Shown here piece after piece: positions 57,233-64,000 of a DNA stretch of 64,000 nucleotides (positions are counted from its first letter, which is position 1; each line of letters begins with the position of its first letter). The translations under genes and the position numbers were made by a program. The stretch is from Neocallimastix sp. 'constans' (Eukaryota): positions 1 through 64,000 of the forward strand of contig JBODTK010000136.1 in NCBI GenBank assembly GCA_050613775.1. The letters run 5' to 3'. The notes below the pieces were generated by a model, which did no database searches, was not told the DNA's origin, and was given only the letters and a program-made list of their open reading frames with translations.

Positions 57233-60200
57233 GATTATAATTTAGGAAATTACTAATATATGGAATTACATTTTTTAGATGAATGTTTCTCTCTGCAATT
57301 TCGTTCGTATAAGGATCACATACTGTGACAGTATTAAATTGCTGTTTAACTATTTTTAATGGTCCGATATAATAAGGGTCTAGTTTCCTTCGATTGAAAT
57401 TTCTAACTAAAACTAGGTCTCCTGGTTTGAATTCACTTCTTAATCTTTTAATCTGTCTTCTCCTATCTTTCCATAATTCATTTGCAGTTTCAATATTTTT
57501 GATTGCTTCAGAAATCCAATTATGGTGATTAATAAATTTTCGAACAAAATATTCTTCTTCTGATTCTTCAGGAAATCTTTTGTCAATATTAATTGCTAAT
57601 TCAAATGGTTGTAAGTCTTTCCTACCATAGAGTAATTCGAAACTACTAAATTTAGTAACTTCATTTTTTGTTGTTCTTAAAGCCCAAAGTGCACTAGGTA
57701 AAATATCATCCCATTCTTGATTTTGTTTACTTAATTCTTTAAATTGGCTTTTAAGAATTCTAATATATTTGACTATTTCTCTATTCCTGTTTTCAACTTC
57801 TCCGTTAGAAGCAGGATGATAAGTACTAATATAATGTACATAGACATCATTTAAATCTAGGAAAGCTTTTGTTTTATCAGATATGAATTGCGGGCCATTA
57901 TCAGTAATTAATATCTCTGGAATCCCGTGTCTTGAAAATATATTATTTAAAAATCTAATGACATCTTCTGATTCTGTTTTGGCTAATGCTTCAGCTTCCA
58001 CCCATTTTGTTAAATAATCTACAAGTACTATTATATATTTATTACCTCTGAAAGATTCGTATAAGGGTCCAACTAAATCCAATCCTACCCGAGTAAAAGG
58101 TAGACCTGGGGGTGTAGCTAAATCTTCTGTAAATACATTCGGTGGTTGTGGTTTACATAATTGACATACATGACAAGATTTAATAAATAATCTGATATCC
58201 TTATTCATTCCTATCCAATAATAGTTCCTTTTCAAACGATGGTAGGTTTTAAAGTTACCTTCATGTCCTAAACAATGAGCTTTACTAATAAGTTCCCATT
58301 TTTCATTATCATTAAATATTACTTTTCTTAATTCATTATTATCTTTATAATACTGAACTCCATCAATTAATACAAATTTCTGGTTTATTATTTTTTTATA
58401 GAAATCATTTAGTATTTCAGTACTATCATCAATATCATTATTATTAGTATTAACATGATTAATATTATTATTATTATTATCATTATTATTAAAACTATGT
58501 TTATTATTTTCTTCAGTTTGAAATACCATATAATTCACATTCAATTTATTTTTCACTCCATTATTTTCACTATTATTATTATGTAATTTATTATTAAACT
58601 TATTAATGTTATTTACATTATTTTTAATTTCCTCATATTCCATTTTGTAATTTTCATTATTACTATTGATCTTAATTTCATCCACTAACTCTTTTATTTT
58701 ATTAATTTTAGTATTTTTCTTATTTCTAATTTCTTCATTATTTTTAATTTCACAATTTTGAATTTCATTATTTATAACTTGGTTGAATACATCTTTATTA
58801 TAATTTTTTATATTATTTCTTTTATTTTTATTTTTTATATGTTTATCATCATTTTTTATATTTTTGATTATATATTTTTCATTGTTAGAATGTAATCTAG
58901 ATAGTGCATCAGCAACTACATTCCTCCTCCCCTCTTCATATAACACTTTAATTTTTAAAATACTTAACTCAGTTATCCATTTGACATGCCTTGCTGAAGA
59001 AGGTTCTTTATTTTTAAATATGTAAACTAAAGGCTTATGATCGGTATAAAGAATTGTCTCAAAACTATTACCAGTGAGAAAAGGTTTAAATTTCATGACA
59101 CAGTAAAATGCGGCAAGCCCCTCAAGTTCTGTAATGCTATAATTGATTTCAGAATTGGAAAGTGTCCTACTTTCATAATATAATGGCTTCTCAATGTTGT
59201 CATCGTCTAACTGAAGTAGTACCCCGCCAATTCCTGATTTAGATGCATCTGAACGAACAATAAATGGTTTATCAAAATTTGGAGGTGACAATATAGGTGC
59301 ATTAATAAGACGAATTTTTAAAAATTCAAATGCATTATTAGATTCGGTAGACCAAACAAAAGGAACATTCTTTTTTGTTAAATCATATAAAGGTTTAGCA
59401 ATTTGGGCAAAATGGCTAATGAATTTCCGGTAATATCCAATTGCCCCTAAGAAAGAACGTAACTGTTTTAAATTAGAAGGAGGTAACCAATTAGCAATAA
59501 CTTTTATTTTAGAATTCATAGGTTTTATACCCTTAGTAGAAAGAGTATGACCAAGGAGCTCAACTTCTTCTTTAAAGAAATCACATTTTTCAAAATTCAC
59601 TTTTAATCCATTATTAGCAAGAATGAGGAATACTTTTTCTAGGTCTTTGATGTGTTGATCTAATGAAGGAGAATAAATAACTAAGTCATCTATGTAAATA
59701 AAAACACATACTCCGATTAAATCAAAAAATATTCTGTTCATCTCCCTTTGAAAAGTAGCGGGAGCGTTGCATAGTCCAAAAGGCATAACTTCAAAATTAA
59801 AGTTTCCGTAAATGGTCGTAAAGCAAGTGATATCTTTATCATCAGAATGCATAGGAATCTGATGGTACCCTGAGAAGAGATCAATAGTAGACAAAATAGA
59901 AATATCACCGCTAACATAGTAAAGTATATCATCTATTAAAGGAAGTGCATAAGCGTCCTTTAATGTACAATTATTAATCTTCCTGTAGTCAACACACATT
60001 CTCACTTGACCATTCTTTTTCGGTACCAGTACTACAGGAGAAGACCAAGGAGAACTAGAAGGGACAATTAAGTTATTATTTATAAGTTTAATTAATTCCT
60101 TTTTAAGTGCATCAGCTTGCACTTTTGAAATACGGTAGGCCCTCTGTTTAATAGGTGTTGTTCCTGGTATTAAATTAATTCTATGAGGATATAGCTTTGA

Positions 60201-62706
60201 CGAACCCAAATCGTCAGTTTTCAGTGCAAGAACACTAATATAATTTAAAAATAATTTTTCTACATCAGCTTTCAAATTTTCTGGTAATTTTTTTACAATA
60301 GAGTGAATCATTTCCAGTTTAGATATTGTGTCGTCTGTGCAAACCTCGTTTTCATTATGTAGTACTTCATTAGTTATTAATAAAAGAGATGGAATCAATT
60401 GTGTTGTAATATCAACCGTTTTATTCTTATATTCTTTCCTTTCAATATTTCTATCTACTAATTTATAATTACTATTTAATTTGTTATTGCCGTTTTGATC
60501 AGAATCGATTTTTGATGGAAGTTTAGAATGTAGTATGGGATTTATATTGTTTGTAACTTTAGAATTAATTTTATGATCATTTATTTTATAATTGTCAATT
60601 TTATCATCATTCTTATTATTATTCGTTTTTATTTTGATATTATTTTCTTTATCGATGTCGACACTATTAAAGAAAGGTAATTTTACATTAAAATTATTTA
60701 TGTTAATATTAGGTAACTCTGATTTAGCATATGTAAAAAGTATATTATTATTATCATTATTATTATCATTGTCACTCCAACTAGTTTCAGAATCCTCATC
60801 ATTCTCTTCAGAAGAATTATTATTTATATTATTCTCCTTATTCATATTATTTTCTTCGTCATTAATTCTATTTGTACTTTCAGAAGGACTCAAGCTAACA
60901 TCATAAAATAAAGAAGCTAATTCTATAGGATTATTATTTTCATCAATATGATATAAGGTATCATTAACTAAATTTATATCAAATCTATTTCGTTTAAGTG
61001 TGTCAATACCTATTAATATATCAAAGATATCATCCTTATCAATTTTCCTAAAGTAATCGATAAAAGTGTAATTTCCAATAGATATTTTTAGTTCATAAAT
61101 ATCTGAACAAGTTGAATTGTTGGAATATACCTGAAAAATTTTTTCGGATATTCTCCCAATAGGATTTTTATTAATTTTAAATTTTTTTAAAGCCGTAGTG
61201 GTAATCAAATTAACGCTAGCACACGAGTCCAAGAAAATTTCAGCTGGTTTCTTATCCACAGTGCCTTTAACTTTAATCACTTTATGTTGGCTTATAATTG
61301 TCATTACATTTATTAAAAGATGTATTCAAATTTTTCTTTATTTTCTCTTTTCCTTCGGTTAATTTTAATGCTTTTGTAAATTCTGACCTGAACTTTGGAA
61401 ACAGGTCTAACAAATATACTAACTTCGTTATGACTTCGGTTGATGCTACTTCCTTGATAAAGTCCTTAATTTTAAATTCATTAAAATCTTCCATCATTTT
61501 TATGTGTTTCTCTGGCTTGGAATAACTTTTAACATTGATGGGTATATCATCTTTGTTACTGCTCAGTATTTCATTTATTTTATTCAATTTATTCGCTTTT
61601 TTTACATTTCTAATATTTGGTTGATTGATATAAGAAAGATCCAAATATTCTAATTTATTTGTATTATTATTAGTTATTGTTTGATTAGTTGGTGGTTGTG
61701 AATCCTCAAAAATTTCAATAGATTCATTGAAAGTAACATTTTTATGATCTTTATTTTCTTTAAATTCTTTACCTTCTTCTTTTTCTGTTGATAGTTTGAC
61801 ATTCGTTCCTCCCTCATCTATTATCATATCAGGTGTTCCTGTAGTTGCTAATTTATTAACGTTTAATTTTCTTTTCATAATAGTATTTTTCTTCATAGCA
61901 TTTGTAATAATTGGAACTGGATTATCTATAAGCTTTTTCTTTATTTCTTTGGTATATGGGGAGATTTTTATTGAATTATTTTTACCTTTCTTTTGGGCAA
62001 CAGCGATAATTTCCTCATTATGGTAATTATCAAAATTATTATAAATATTATTTGAATTAGGTTCATTATTAATTTTCTTTTCATTATCATTTATAGAAAT
62101 TCTATTTAAATCAATTTCATTGTTACTTTGATCATCATTATTATTTTTATAAGTATTATTTATATTAACATCATTGTTAACTTGTTTATTAATAGTGTCA
62201 TTTTCATAGATGTTGTTATGATTACTATTATTTAATTTATAACCGTTACTAGTATTCTTACTAAGATATTCTATATTATTTAAGTTATTATTATTATTAT
62301 TATTGGAATAAATATTATCAATACTTGTATGATTATCATCAAATAAACTGTTTGTATAATTTATTTTATTATTCTTATTTAAATAATTATTGTTTATATC
62401 ATAATTATGTGAATTATCATTATAAGGATATCCATTATTTATTACATCATTATTTGAAGTTGCACTAGCATTATATGAATTATTATTATTATTATTATTA
62501 TTATGTAAGTTATTATTATTATTATTATTATGTAAATTATTATCATTAGTATTATTATAATTATTTTTTATTTTCATAGTATTATTATTTAACTTGGGAG
62601 AGTATGTTAAATTTACATATTCTTCATTAATACTATTATTTTTATTATAAGTTTGAAGTTTGGTTTGGTTAACGGGAGTTGTCCTTCTCCCATTATTTAG
62701 TTTAAA
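57228..62706 (-). pseudogene. Element E Pol (-1 frame from 62706; extra 1-bp frameshift near 61315)
   Basis: ORFs 61282-62577 and 57228-61304 overlap out of frame at TCTTTTAATA; LDSCAS, MPFGL, YIDD, SDAS and GLDLVGP motifs. Confidence 0.85.
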
Positions 62707-64000
62707 TTATTAAAGCTATCTCCATTATTATTATTATTATTTACATTAGCTTTGAAATTACTATTAATATTTGAACTAGTAGTATTAATATCCTGATTTA
62801 TTCCATTAGAATTTCTATTAAAATTATTATTTCCAGTGGGAATATTATTCTCATTAAAATTATTATTATTTCTATTAGCAATATTATTTCCAGTAAATTT
62901 ATTATTTTTATTAAAGTAATAATTACTACCATTAAAAGAATTATTGTAGCCATTTTTATTACTATTATTATAATAATTGTTATATTTATTACTATTATTA
63001 TTATAATCAAAATTATTATTATAATTATTACCCATATCATTATTATTCACATTATAAAGATTATTATTTCTATTACTACCATTATTTTTATTATTAGGAC
63101 ATTCATAAGCTTTATGTCCTACTTGTTTACATGAGTAACACATAACTGATTTTCTAGCTTTTGGTTCGTAGTTATTATAGAATCTTCTTGTATCATAAGT
63201 ATTATTTTGTTGAATTTGTTCTACTCCGTGATAATAATTATTATTATTATTAAAACTTTTATTTTTATAGTTACTATATCTACCTGGTGTAAACATTCTA
63301 TTATTGGTGGAGTTTTCATTTATATAACCCATAACATATGATGACGCTTGATATGAATTATCTAAATTATTTCCATGTTCTCTTAAGCTCCTATAAATTG
63401 GATGATTTAATAAATTGTTATTATTTTTATTTATGTTGTTTTGATATACCATAACATTCTGAGAATTTTTGTTTGTTATAGTTCGTACTTCAGCTTTTTC
63501 TGCACGTTCTGCTACTTCGAACGCTTCTGTTAATGTTTTACAGTTGGCCAAAATTACTTGAGAATGTACATATACCCTATCATGTATAGCATTTAAATAA
63601 TCATCGACACATATTAATTTTTTATATTCCAAGTCAAGTCGATGATAAAGAGTTAAATAATTATAATTAAATCCTTTAATTGTTTCATTTCTTTTTATTT
63701 TTAAGGCCTTTAAAATTGAACACTTATCATTTTGAGTAATTTCTAAATAATCTTCAATGGCTCTCTGGATTTCTTTATATGAGGGAAACCTTTTAACATT
63801 ATTTCTTGTAGTACATAAAGATTTTAAAAGGTTTTTTATGTCAGCCTCTACTGCGTTCTTTACCCAAATAAAAATTCTGTTTGGTTCCTCAATGTTGTAA
63901 ATTTCCATAACATTTTTGAAATCTTCTATCCAAGAATCTATGTCCTTACCATAATTTGCTAAGTATGGTAAGTCTCTTCTAATTTTCGAAGCGTCCGCCA
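62697..64000 (-). CDS. Element E Gag
   Basis: Frame open to the window edge: (M)ADASKIRRDLPYLANYGKDIDSWIEDF, similar to the C Gag N-terminus; CYSCKQVGHKAYEC; ends NLN* over TTTAAAC. Confidence 0.9.
   Translation of the reverse strand, partial: ADASKIRRDLPYLANYGKDIDSWIEDFKNVMEIYNIEEPNRIFIWVKNAVEADIKNLLKSLCTTRNNVKRFPSYKEIQRAIEDYLEITQNDKCSILKALKIKRNETIKGFNYNYLTLYHRLDLEYKKLICVDDYLNAIHDRVYVHSQVILANCKTLTEAFEVAERAEKAEVRTITNKNSQNVMVYQNNINKNNNNLLNHPIYRSLREHGNNLDNSYQASSYVMGYINENSTNNRMFTPGRYSNYKNKSFNNNNNYYHGVEQIQQNNTYDTRRFYNNYEPKARKSVMCYSCKQVGHKAYECPNNKNNGSNRNNNLYNVNNNDMGNNYNNNFDYNNNSNKYNNYYNNSNKNGYNNSFNGSNYYFNKNNKFTGNNIANRNNNNFNENNIPTGNNNFNRNSNGINQDINTTSSNINSNFKANVNNNNNNGDSFNNLN

Larger units (their letters stand above)
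56159..64000 (-). mobile_element. Element E: Ty3/Gypsy of the B/C lineage, runs off the window
   Basis: The Copia frame is broken at TG 56159; LTR-like region to 57005 or 57012; PPT AAGTGGGGG; gag and pol closely related to C. Confidence 0.88.

Noticed and set aside
25399..63040. Small antisense or alternative-frame ORFs inside retroelement genes, as candidate env or accessory genes
   Set aside because: All overlap gag/pol, are low-complexity shadows, and no extra ORF lies between pol and any 3' LTR

Overview
Extremely AT-rich, intron-containing eukaryotic DNA; an anaerobic gut fungus (Neocallimastigomycota) is the likely source, inferred from base composition, (AAT)n tracts and gene style. 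Positions 1-23.7 kb hold four host genes: a LisH/CTLH-WD40 protein, RPL3, V-ATPase subunit G and a Sos7/Kre28-like kinetochore protein. Positions 23.7-64 kb are a nest of six LTR retrotransposons that can mostly be rebuilt base by base. A Ty1/Copia host element is split in its integrase by a deleted chromovirus (A). Two tRNA-primed, non-chromodomain Ty3/Gypsy elements (B, C) and a full-length chromovirus (D) landed within about 19 bp at one LTR end of A, and another Gypsy (E) landed about 195 bp away. Most notable: (1) a ~220-240 nt multi-stem RNA with fully covarying stems and invariant junction motifs, shared by the 5' leaders of B and C; (2) the LTR-terminus insertion hotspot; (3) Tf1-type self-priming signatures in A and D; (4) a conserved UUUAAAC-N8-GGGAG(N8)CUCCC -1 frameshift cassette in B, C and E, apparently hard-wired into frame in B. 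All comparisons were made by eye.
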